A DNA stretch of 64,000 nucleotides from an uncultured Candidatus Binatia bacterium (GTDB lineage Bacteria > Desulfobacterota > Binatia > UBA9968 > JAJDTQ01): NCBI GenBank assembly GCA_965213675.1, contig OZ243916.1, positions 1,152,001 through 1,216,000 of the forward strand. The letters are read 5' to 3'. A program made the position numbers and the translations under genes. Shown here piece after piece: positions 1-8,200 of this stretch. Below the pieces are notes generated by a model. That model was not told where the DNA came from and did not search any database. It saw only the letters and a list, made by a program, of their open reading frames with translations. Each line of letters starts with the position of its first letter. Position 1 is the stretch's first letter.

Positions 1-1375
1 GATCGTGTCCCTTCTCCACGGTGGCCCGGCGGATGAGGTCACTCATGTGCGCGTTGGCAATGCGGTAGATGCCGCGGGCGGCCTCGGTCACGCTCATGCC
101 CAGGGGCGCGGCGATTCGCCGCTCCACGGCCTCGAGGGCGGCAGCGCGGTCCAGGCGCATGCGCCCGCCCAGGAAATAGTCGGGGTTGAGATAGCCAAGG
201 ACGACGTCGGCGTCGGAAACCGTGGGCTCGACCCCGCCGAGTCCGTAGCACACCGGCCCCGGACTGGCGCCGGCGCCCTCCGGGCCGACCTTGAGGAGGC
301 CCGTGTCGCCGTCGATCCAGGCGATGCTGCCGCCGCCGGCTCCCACGGACTCCACCCATATCTTGGGCGCCAGAACGCGGTGGCGCAGCACCACCGGCGT
401 ATAGTCCCGCTCGATGCGCCCCTCGCGCACCACTCCCACCTTGAACGTGGTGCCGCCCATGTCCGTCGCCAGGATGTCATCCTCGCCGATCAGTTCGCCC
501 AGGAAGCGGCTCCCCACCACGCCCGACGCAGGACCGGATTCCACCGTGCCCACCGCGTTGCGGCAGGTGGCCTCGATGTCGAGCACGCCGCCGTAGGCCT
601 GCATGATCATCGGCGGCTTCGCCAATCCCCTGCTTCGGAGCACTTGGTGGAGATTCAGGAGGTAGGCGGAGATGCGCGGGCCGATGTAGGCATTGAACAC
701 CGTGGTGGCGGTGCGCTCGTACTCGCCCACGAAAGGCGCCGCCGCGCTGGAAAGGGTCACGTAGACACCCGGATGACGCCGCTTGAGGATGTCCGCCACG
801 GCCTTCTCGTGGACGTCGTTGGCGGGGGACCAGAGCAGGCACACGGCCACCGACTCCACCCCACGCCCCACCAGTTCGTCCAACGCCGCTTCGGCCTGCA
901 CCTCGTCGAGGCGCACGGTGACCGCGCCCTTGTAGTCCATGCGCTCGTTCACCTCGGCCACCAGGGAGCGGGGCACGAAGGGCTCGGGCTTGCGCAGCCA
1001 CGCCAGCCGTCCCGCCTCGGTCTCGGTGAGACCGTCGGTAACCTTGCCGCGCATCATGAGCAGCGTGTCCGGGAAGCCCCGGGTGACGACGAGGCCGGTC
1101 CTCGGACCCGCGCGGGTGATCAGGGTGTTCTCGCCGATGGTGCAGGCATGGAGAAACAGGGTGGTCTGCCGGAGGACGTCCTCTTCGCCGCCAAGGCCCA
1201 TGTTGCGCGCCGCGTCCCGCACCGCGTCGGTGGCGCCGCTGGAGTAGTCCGGCGGCGTGGACAGCGACTTCCCCACCACCAACTCGCCCAAGTGGTTGAC
1301 CACGACGCAGTCGGTGAAGGTGCCGCCGATGTCCACGCCGACCAGGTATCGGCCTCGGGAGTCACCCATTACCAT
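1..1375 (-). CDS. Hydantoinase/oxoprolinase family protein (HyuA / acetone carboxylase beta-like), 3' end runs off the window
   Basis: Read manually on the minus strand: MVMGDSRGRYLVGVDIGGTFTDCVVV...HACTIGENTLITRAGPRTGLVVTRGFPD. Missing from the ORF track because no stop lies in the window. Confidence 0.9.
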   Translation of the reverse strand, partial: MVMGDSRGRYLVGVDIGGTFTDCVVVNHLGELVVGKSLSTPPDYSSGATDAVRDAARNMGLGGEEDVLRQTTLFLHACTIGENTLITRAGPRTGLVVTRGFPDTLLMMRGKVTDGLTETEAGRLAWLRKPEPFVPRSLVAEVNERMDYKGAVTVRLDEVQAEAALDELVGRGVESVAVCLLWSPANDVHEKAVADILKRRHPGVYVTLSSAAAPFVGEYERTATTVFNAYIGPRISAYLLNLHQVLRSRGLAKPPMIMQAYGGVLDIEATCRNAVGTVESGPASGVVGSRFLGELIGEDDILATDMGGTTFKVGVVREGRIERDYTPVVLRHRVLAPKIWVESVGAGGGSIAWIDGDTGLLKVGPEGAGASPGPVCYGLGGVEPTVSDADVVLGYLNPDYFLGGRMRLDRAAALEAVERRIAAPLGMSVTEAARGIYRIANAHMSDLIRRATVEKGHD

Positions 1376-1376
1376 A

Positions 1377-1504
1377 TTCAGGCCGACGGCTGCCCCGCGT
1401 TCCAATCGAGCATCACCTCGTGACGCGACGCCGCCGGGGTGCCGTCGAGATGGACTGTCGGAACCTCGGCCTGGAATCTCGCCCTTCTGACTTCGCGCTC
1501 CGGG
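1377..1504. repeat. 128-bp direct repeat, copy 1 (3' end of the CmcJ-like gene)
   Basis: Matches 19632-19759 with 3 mismatches by manual alignment. Confidence 0.95.
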
Positions 1505-2307
1505 TCGTCCTCGCGGAAGACCGCGACGACGCGCGCCTCCACCGATCGACGCAACGGCGCGTCCTCCCGGGTCGTTGGATCCTTGAAGGCGGAATGAAAC
1601 GTCATCCTGCGATTCGGCTCCTCCCGGCGCGAATCATACTGCACGAAGATCAGCGCCTCGTCCGGCGTCATGCGCGGAAAGTAGTACCAGCACTGACCGT
1701 GACTGTGGACAAGGCGGTAGTCCACCAACAGCGTTGGCGGTTCGGTCCGTCGCATACTGTCGGCGCAAACCATGTCGGTGCGGGATACGGTGGCGCCGTC
1801 GCAAAGGGCCAGCGGCATGAACTCTATTTCCCGTTCCGGATCGATGCTGCGCCAGACGTTGAACAGGCCGAAATGCCGCCCTTCCGGCACATCCACAACG
1901 TCCTCGATGTAGGGGGTCACGTCGCCGTGGGCCGGCAGTCCATAGGCGCCCTTGGGGGTTCCATCCCTGAACTCGTGTTGCATGACCTCCGCGGTCAGGC
2001 ATCCGGTCGCCGCTTTGACGAGGTTCGAACAATATTCGTAGAAGCGCGTCTTGACGAGATCCCTGTTGGAGAAATCCATGCGAATGGGAGCTTCGACCAA
2101 CTGGAAGCCCCGGTCATCGAGACTCGGAGCCTGCTTGAGCGCGCGGGCGTCATGGACCCGGACCGGCTTGCGAAGAAACATCCGCCGCCTCTCATCCAGA
2201 TCGGGGGTTTGCTCGAACCCCAGGCGCTTGCCGCGATACTTCGGGTTTACAAAGATCGTGTCGGAGATTACCGAGGGCGCGTCTGCCAGGGCCGGGATTC
2301 GTCTCAT
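1378..2307 (-). CDS. CmcJ/NvfI/AsaB-family non-heme Fe oxidoreductase
   Basis: Motifs AHGD (HxD), FNVWRSI, MPLALCDG, WYYFPRMTPDEAL..QYDS, FHSAF, RRSVEAR. Starts 21 nt after the NHLM transporter stop, with a GGAG RBS. Confidence 0.8.
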   Translation of the reverse strand: MRRIPALADAPSVISDTIFVNPKYRGKRLGFEQTPDLDERRRMFLRKPVRVHDARALKQAPSLDDRGFQLVEAPIRMDFSNRDLVKTRFYEYCSNLVKAATGCLTAEVMQHEFRDGTPKGAYGLPAHGDVTPYIEDVVDVPEGRHFGLFNVWRSIDPEREIEFMPLALCDGATVSRTDMVCADSMRRTEPPTLLVDYRLVHSHGQCWYYFPRMTPDEALIFVQYDSRREEPNRRMTFHSAFKDPTTREDAPLRRSVEARVVAVFREDDPEREVRRARFQAEVPTVHLDGTPAASRHEVMLDWNAGQPSA

Positions 2308-2328
2308 GCTTCCATCTCCGGGTTGATC

Positions 2329-5289
2329 TCAAGCCATTTGCCGCGATGCAAGGTCGCGGAACGGACCGTCCACGTTGAACAGCTCGTCGAAACGGCCGAC
2401 CTGCACCACGCGGCCGCCTTTCAGCACGTAGATCCGATCCGCCCTGCGGATGGTGGACAGCCGGTGGGCAATGACGAAACGGGTGCTGGTGGATTCCTCG
2501 ACGGCCTTCATCGTCTGCGCCTGGCTCTTGGTGTCGAGCCAGCTCGTGGGCTCGTCGAGGAAGACGATGCGCGGGTTCCGCACCAGCGCGGCGGCGAGGC
2601 CGATGCGCTGACCCTGACCACCCGAGAACGTCGCCGCGTTCTCGCCCACCGTGGTGTAGAGCCCCATCGGCATGTTGCGGATGTCCTGGTCGACGGCAGC
2701 CAGACGGGCGGCGCGCCATGCATCGACCGTGGTCAAATCGTTGCCGACGCCGACGATGTTGGTGAGGATGGTGCCGGCCTGGAGCGAGCCGTTCTGCATG
2801 ACCACGCCGATCTGCCGCCGCACGGCGCCGACGTCCAGGTGGGCCAGGTCCTGACCATCGTAGTACACCGCGCCCGACGACGGCTTCTCCAGTCCCAGCG
2901 CAAGCCGGAACACCGTGCTCTTGCCGGTGCCCGATTCGCCCACCACCGCGACGAACTCGCCGGGCTTCGCGTGAATCGACACCTCTTGCAGTATCCTGGG
3001 GCTGCCCTCGGAATAACTGAAGCTCACCTTGTCGAGGACGACCTCCCCTTCGAGTGTCGGCCGGATGCCGCGTCGGGCTCCGGCGTCCACCGGGCTCGCC
3101 AGTATCGGAAGCACCTGCTCGCATGCCGGCTTGACGAATGCCACGGCCCTGGCCGAATTGCCCAACATCACGATGGACAGGCAAAAGACCATGGCCGCGA
3201 TGTGGACGGCCACAAAGCCCGCCGCCGGGAGTCCACCGGGGCCTTGCGACGCCACCACCGCGAACAGGACGGCGCTGGCCAGCGCGGGCACCCCGGCGCT
3301 GAAGGCGGTGAGGCGTTCGCCGAGGACGGCTATCCGGATCTCCGCCTGCTTGTGTTCCCGGTAGCGCTTCGCCCATGCGGCGAAAGCCGAGTCTTCCGCG
3401 CCGGTGGCGCGCAGCTTGGCGATGCCGTTCAGGAACTGGTGCATGTCACCGGCGAGTTGGCGCGCCGTTTCGAGGTGGCGCCGCTGCGGTTCGACATTGA
3501 GGATGCAAAAGACGGCCGTGGCGCCGAGCACGACCATGCCCAGAAGCACCATGGCCCAGCCCAGCGCCGCGCTGTGGTAGAACAGCAGCCCGAAGGCCGG
3601 CAGCACGAACAACGTCGACAACACCGCGTCGGCCGTGACTCCGGCGACATTATCCCTGATTTCCTGGAAGACCATGGACCGCGCCACGAGCTCGCCCGCG
3701 GTGAAGCGGCGAAAGAAGGCCGGTGGCAGGCGCAGCAGACGGTCCCATACCGTCGAGACGAGCCGCGCGGCCAGACGTCCCTCCAGACGCATGAGCGCGG
3801 TGCCGCGGAGGACATGCGCCGCCGCCGCCACGAAGGCCAGCCCCACCAGAACGGCCGAGAACTGAATCAGCGCGGCCGCGTCGCCCGCGGGGATCACCCG
3901 GTCGACCAGCAGGTCGACGGCCACGGCCGGCGCGAGACTCAGCAAACCGGCGCCGAGGCCCGCGGCCACGAGACGGCCGGTCTCGGTGGCGGCCTTTGTG
4001 CCGCCAACACGGAACAACTCGCGCAGTCCGGCGGCGCCCTCGGCGTGGAGCCTGGGATAAAGCAGGCGAGCGTCGCGGAGCTCGTGGGTCGTCTCGGCGC
4101 TGGCGGGTGTGGACTCACCGGTCACCGGATCCACCACGCGGTACCGCCCCGCCCGGCCGGGCAGCAGGACGACAGGGCGGTCATCGTCGCGCCGAAAGGC
4201 CAGCAGCGCGCCGCTGTCCCCCAGGTACCAACGGTCCTCCTCCAACAGCCGGATACGGCGTTCACGCACTCCCGACGCCTCGCAGTAATCGCGCAGCGAC
4301 GGTTCCGCCCCGGCACCGGCGGCCGGGGTACTGAATCGGATGCCTTCGTGCTGTCCGATGATCCGCAATGCGTTCCCGAGGGCCGTACCGTCCAACGACG
4401 TCTCGTCACCCGCGTCAGACAAGCTCGACAGGTTCCGCCTGGCCAAGGCCTTGTCGTGGCGGCGCTGCGAAGCCTGCGCCACCTGCAGATTGGCGTCGTC
4501 GACCCGCAACAGCCGCCGGTGGATGGACTCGGCGCCGAGAACCAACCGATGAAATTCCGGCAAGGCTGAGGTCAGCAGCGTGGCGATGTCGATCTCGCCC
4601 GTGGACACCCCGGTAATGTCCGTGGCCGAATGCAACCTGAGCCAGGTATCCCGGGTCAGGGGCATCATGCCGGGGCCGTCCCTCCCCCCGGTGTCCGCCA
4701 GATCGAGGAAGGTAGCGTGGAGGTCGTCGGCCACAACCCAGACCACGCCGCGCTCGGCCGACACGATGCCGCTGCCCGCCGCACCTCCGGGAAGAAGCCG
4801 GTGCTCGGTTCGAGGATGCTCCTCCATTTCGCGAACCACGGCGGCGCCCAGGTCCTCGATCCAGGCATCGACCTGCGCGCGCAACGCGCACGAGAGCCGG
4901 TCGGCGTCGTCGCTCCGCTGCGCCGCGTCCAGCAACCGGTGGAGTGACAGGCAACGCAAGGAGGACCCTTGCAGTCCCTTCGCGATCAATTTCAGGGAAT
5001 CGGCGGCCGCGCCGGCGGCGAACGCCAGCCGGCCCTGCTCCAGACGCACCACATGCCTGAAGGGCGACTGCATCCGGTCATCGGCGTACTCTGCCGCCAG
5101 AACGTCGATGGCCCCTCGTTCGACGAACCAGACGACGCCGGCGTCCTGCAGGTGGATCGGGCGGCTTGCGGCGGCTTCCCGTGGCTCGCCGAACGCCGCG
5201 GCGAACTCGGCCAGCACGTCCCTCGGTTGTTCGTCATTCGCCACGAAGCAGCTCGTGATAGAAGGTGCCGGCGGCGTGGAGCTCGTCAT
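2329..5289 (-). CDS. NHLP/NHLM bacteriocin system ABC transporter, permease/ATP-binding (no active peptidase)
   Basis: N-terminal cNMP-like region, TM domain, Walker A GESGTGKS, FSGGQ, LDEPTSWLD, IAHRLST. Confidence 0.9.
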   Translation of the reverse strand: MTSSTPPAPSITSCFVANDEQPRDVLAEFAAAFGEPREAAASRPIHLQDAGVVWFVERGAIDVLAAEYADDRMQSPFRHVVRLEQGRLAFAAGAAADSLKLIAKGLQGSSLRCLSLHRLLDAAQRSDDADRLSCALRAQVDAWIEDLGAAVVREMEEHPRTEHRLLPGGAAGSGIVSAERGVVWVVADDLHATFLDLADTGGRDGPGMMPLTRDTWLRLHSATDITGVSTGEIDIATLLTSALPEFHRLVLGAESIHRRLLRVDDANLQVAQASQRRHDKALARRNLSSLSDAGDETSLDGTALGNALRIIGQHEGIRFSTPAAGAGAEPSLRDYCEASGVRERRIRLLEEDRWYLGDSGALLAFRRDDDRPVVLLPGRAGRYRVVDPVTGESTPASAETTHELRDARLLYPRLHAEGAAGLRELFRVGGTKAATETGRLVAAGLGAGLLSLAPAVAVDLLVDRVIPAGDAAALIQFSAVLVGLAFVAAAAHVLRGTALMRLEGRLAARLVSTVWDRLLRLPPAFFRRFTAGELVARSMVFQEIRDNVAGVTADAVLSTLFVLPAFGLLFYHSAALGWAMVLLGMVVLGATAVFCILNVEPQRRHLETARQLAGDMHQFLNGIAKLRATGAEDSAFAAWAKRYREHKQAEIRIAVLGERLTAFSAGVPALASAVLFAVVASQGPGGLPAAGFVAVHIAAMVFCLSIVMLGNSARAVAFVKPACEQVLPILASPVDAGARRGIRPTLEGEVVLDKVSFSYSEGSPRILQEVSIHAKPGEFVAVVGESGTGKSTVFRLALGLEKPSSGAVYYDGQDLAHLDVGAVRRQIGVVMQNGSLQAGTILTNIVGVGNDLTTVDAWRAARLAAVDQDIRNMPMGLYTTVGENAATFSGGQGQRIGLAAALVRNPRIVFLDEPTSWLDTKSQAQTMKAVEESTSTRFVIAHRLSTIRRADRIYVLKGGRVVQVGRFDELFNVDGPFRDLASRQMA

Positions 5290-7453
5290 GCGTTCCCTGC
5301 TCCACGATGCGGCCCTTGTCGACGACGATGATCCGGTCGGCGTCGCGGATGGTGCTCAGCCGATGCGCGATGATCAGACACGAGCATCCGCGACGCCGGA
5401 TTCGATCGTCGATGAGCAACTCGGTTACGGGGTCGAGGGCGCTGGTGGCTTCATCGAGGATCAGCAGCGACGGGTTGTTGACCAGCGCCCGGGCGATTTC
5501 CAGGCGCATGCGCTGTCCGCCGCTGAAGTTGCGTCCTCCCTCTTCCACCATGGACTCGTAGCCCGCCGGGCGGCCGATGATGTCCTCATGAACCGCGGCG
5601 TCGCGGGCCGCGGCGGTCACATGGTGATCCGGTATCGTCGCGGTCCACATGGTGAGGTTGTTGCGTATGGTCGTGGCGAACAGGACCGCATGCTGATCGA
5701 CCATGGAGACGGACCGGCAGAATACCTCCCGCGGGATATCAACTTGCGGGTGGCCGTCGAAGAGCACTTCCCCGGACCAGGGCCGATGCAGACCCGCCGC
5801 CAGAAGCGCCAATGTGGACTTGCCCGAACCGCTGGGCCCCACCACCGCGACGCGCTGGCCGGGTTCGATGGTCAGGTTGAAGTCCTCGACGAGCGGCGCA
5901 CGGTTCCGCTGGAAACCGAACGTGACGCCCCGCATCTCCAATCGTCCGACCAGCCGCAGCCGGCCGTCGAGCGTCATAACCCGCTGTTGCGAGTCGGCGG
6001 CATGGTCGGGATAGGACATCTCCTGCGGCGCATTGAGCACGTCGTCCATCCTTGCCATGTCCGCCTCCAGCGTCTCCAGCAGATCGGAGAACTGAGAGAC
6101 ACGGGCCACGGGACCCAGAAAATTACCGGCGAGAACGTAGAATCCCATCAACTCGCCAAGGGTCATGTCGCCCGACATCGTGCGCCAGCCGCCGAGGCCG
6201 AACACCGCCGCCGCCGCGAGTATCTGAAACAGTTGCGGCAGCGCCGCGGCCACATGACCGAGCTCCACGAACGCCTGCCGCGCGCCCAGCTCACGGGCCT
6301 GTCTGCCACTCCACAGCGAGAAGAAATCGGCCTCGCGGGCGGTTGCCTGCAAGGTCTCGATCATCTTGACGCCTGCCGTGCCCACCCCGAACGATATGCC
6401 CTGCTCGCGCCGCAGTCGATGGTTCTTGTCCCGGCGGAGGCGGGTCAGCACCTGTATCGACGCGACGCTGGCAACTCCCAAACCCCCAACCACAAGCGCC
6501 AGCCAGACATCGTATGCCACCATGACGACCAGAAAGGTCACGCTCATGATGAGATCGACGGACAGCCGCACCATCTGACCGGCTCCGGTGTCGGCGATCT
6601 GGTCGATGGTCCGCATGCGCAACGCCAGGTCTCCGGCCAGCCGGTGGGCGAAGAACCGCATGGGAAGCCGAAGCAAACGATCCAGGAAGTAGTCTGATTG
6701 GTTTATGGCAAGCCGGACGATGAGCTCGCGCAGGGAACGCATCTGGAGCCAGGTCAACAGGCAGATCAGCACGCTGGCGGCGAACATCGCCGCGATCAGC
6801 GCCCTGCTCTGACCCATCTGCTGATCCTGAAAAACGCGATCCACGAATTCCGCAAGCAATACCGGCGGCGCCAGCAAGGTCACGGCAAGGAGCAGGCCGT
6901 AGACGGCGGTGCGGGTCAGGAGGGAGCGATGGCCTCGCAACCACGGCCACAGGCGGCGCGCGACACCCGGCCGCGCCCCGCCGGGCTGAAACGCGGGGCC
7001 CGGCTCGAGCATCAGGCCGACGCCCGTAAACTCCTGACCGAAGTCACGCGCGTCGACCACGCGATGACCTTCGGCGGGATCATTCAGATAGTAGCGCCCG
7101 TGTGCGATGCCCTCCAGGACCACGAAGTGCCTGAATCCCCAATACAGGACCATCGGCTTCGGCAGCTTGGCCAGGCCATGGACCTGGCTGCTCCAGCCGG
7201 TGGCCTTCAGGCCGTATTTCCTGGCGGCGATGGCGATGTCTTCGAGGGTCGAACCGTCACGCCCGACTCCGCAGTCGTCACGCAGAACTTCCAGAGGCAC
7301 CCTGCGCCCGAAATGGGCGAGCACGGCGCCAAGGCATGCCGCGCCGCAGTCGGCCGCCTCCAACTGCATGAACAAGGGTGTGCGGCGCGGTCTCCGCCGG
7401 CGACCGCGCGTCACGGGAGCAGCGGAGAATTTCGATTCGGCAGGATCAGCCAT
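5234..7453 (-). CDS. NHLP/NHLM bacteriocin export ABC transporter with C39 peptidase domain
   Basis: QLEAADCGAACL (catalytic Cys), HFVV, NDP; Walker A GPSGSGKS; FSGGQ; LDEATSALD. Confidence 0.93.
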   Translation of the reverse strand: MADPAESKFSAAPVTRGRRRRPRRTPLFMQLEAADCGAACLGAVLAHFGRRVPLEVLRDDCGVGRDGSTLEDIAIAARKYGLKATGWSSQVHGLAKLPKPMVLYWGFRHFVVLEGIAHGRYYLNDPAEGHRVVDARDFGQEFTGVGLMLEPGPAFQPGGARPGVARRLWPWLRGHRSLLTRTAVYGLLLAVTLLAPPVLLAEFVDRVFQDQQMGQSRALIAAMFAASVLICLLTWLQMRSLRELIVRLAINQSDYFLDRLLRLPMRFFAHRLAGDLALRMRTIDQIADTGAGQMVRLSVDLIMSVTFLVVMVAYDVWLALVVGGLGVASVASIQVLTRLRRDKNHRLRREQGISFGVGTAGVKMIETLQATAREADFFSLWSGRQARELGARQAFVELGHVAAALPQLFQILAAAAVFGLGGWRTMSGDMTLGELMGFYVLAGNFLGPVARVSQFSDLLETLEADMARMDDVLNAPQEMSYPDHAADSQQRVMTLDGRLRLVGRLEMRGVTFGFQRNRAPLVEDFNLTIEPGQRVAVVGPSGSGKSTLALLAAGLHRPWSGEVLFDGHPQVDIPREVFCRSVSMVDQHAVLFATTIRNNLTMWTATIPDHHVTAAARDAAVHEDIIGRPAGYESMVEEGGRNFSGGQRMRLEIARALVNNPSLLILDEATSALDPVTELLIDDRIRRRGCSCLIIAHRLSTIRDADRIIVVDKGRIVEQGTHDELHAAGTFYHELLRGE

Positions 7454-7460
7454 GCGGGGC

Positions 7461-7631
7461 TTACAGCCACAACGTAACTGCGGCCCATGCCACGAGCATC
7501 AGCAACGGGACCAGAAGCGCCGCCACGAAAACGCGCTCATGCGGCGCCGTCACGCGCAACAGGTCGTCCAGCGCCTCGGGCTGCGCGCTGCGGATGAGCG
7601 CTTCCTGGCGGTAAACGGAGCGGGCCGGCAT
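7461..7631 (-). CDS. 56-aa membrane protein resembling only the N-terminus of NHLM secretion (HlyD-type) proteins
   Basis: Manual translation MPARSVYRQEALIRSAQPEALDDLLRVTAPHERVFVAALLVPLLMLVAWAAVTLWL*. Matches the FRxxAL...PEQLD.LL.VT.P pattern plus one TM helix; below the ORF-track size cutoff. Confidence 0.7.
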   Translation of the reverse strand: MPARSVYRQEALIRSAQPEALDDLLRVTAPHERVFVAALLVPLLMLVAWAAVTLWL

Positions 7632-7647
7632 CAGGCAAGGAAGGGGT

Positions 7648-7673
7648 GGGCGGCGCGTCTACCCGCGCCGCCC
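7648..7673 (-). terminator. GC-rich stem-loop just downstream of the precursor gene
   Basis: GGGCGGCGCG-TCTACC-CGCGCCGCCC, perfect 10-bp stem, no U-tract. Confidence 0.55.
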
Positions 7674-7695
7674 CTCATTGAACCGGTCTAAGCGA

Positions 7696-7956
7696 TTACC
7701 AAAGAGCGCTCCAGGAACCACCGGCGACCGCGCGCATTTCTTCGTCCGAGAGAGCACCCCCGGCCGGCGGCAGGACCAGATGAAAGTCCGTGGCGCTCTC
7801 TTCGTGAACGTGGACGGTCAGGTCCTCCGGCATGGCCAACCCCGTGGCTTGCTCAATGGCCTTCCTCGGATCTTCCAGGAGCATGGCACGGAATGCTTCG
7901 TCCTCCTCCGCCTTCCCTCGCACGAGAGCCTCGACCTCTGGTGAAGAATTTGCCAT
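7696..7956 (-). CDS. NHLP-leader (proteusin-type) RiPP precursor; core SWSALW
   Basis: MANSSPEVEALVRGKAEEDEAFRAMLLEDPRKAIEQATGLAMPEDLTVHVHEESATDFHLVLP...LSDEEMRAVAGG|SWSALW; GGAGG RBS before ATG 7956. Confidence 0.92.
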   Translation of the reverse strand: MANSSPEVEALVRGKAEEDEAFRAMLLEDPRKAIEQATGLAMPEDLTVHVHEESATDFHLVLPPAGGALSDEEMRAVAGGSWSALW

Positions 7957-8200
7957 TGAATCCTCCTTTACGTTCGCCGTTAGATGTGAATTTCCAGGCC
8001 TCGGCTTCGCCCGCGGCCGCTCCAGCACGGTCGCCGAACCGGCGCTGAAGGCCCACCTCAGCACGGGACCCACTGATACACGCACCGCTTGCGAGAGTCA
8101 AGGCAGCCTGCGACCGACGGCGCGCCCATGGTGGCAAGGGCGACGGTGAGCGGCTATAGGAACAGGGGACCGAACTGCTTAACCCTGAGGGTTTCGTGCA

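Noticed and set aside
5-4569. Long plus-strand ORFs 5-1423 and 1420-4569
   Set aside because: Antisense shadows of the hydantoinase, CmcJ-like and ABC genes, typical of high-GC DNA; no recognisable motifs.
7957-8085. 43-aa N-terminal extension of the precursor in the ORF track
   Set aside because: The GGAGG RBS and NHLP similarity both point to ATG 7956.
8058-8129. 23-aa Cys/Trp ORF MGAPSVAGCLDSRKRCVYQWVPC as a second precursor
   Set aside because: No RBS, no leader or double-Gly motif, and it lies in the divergent promoter region; likely chance.
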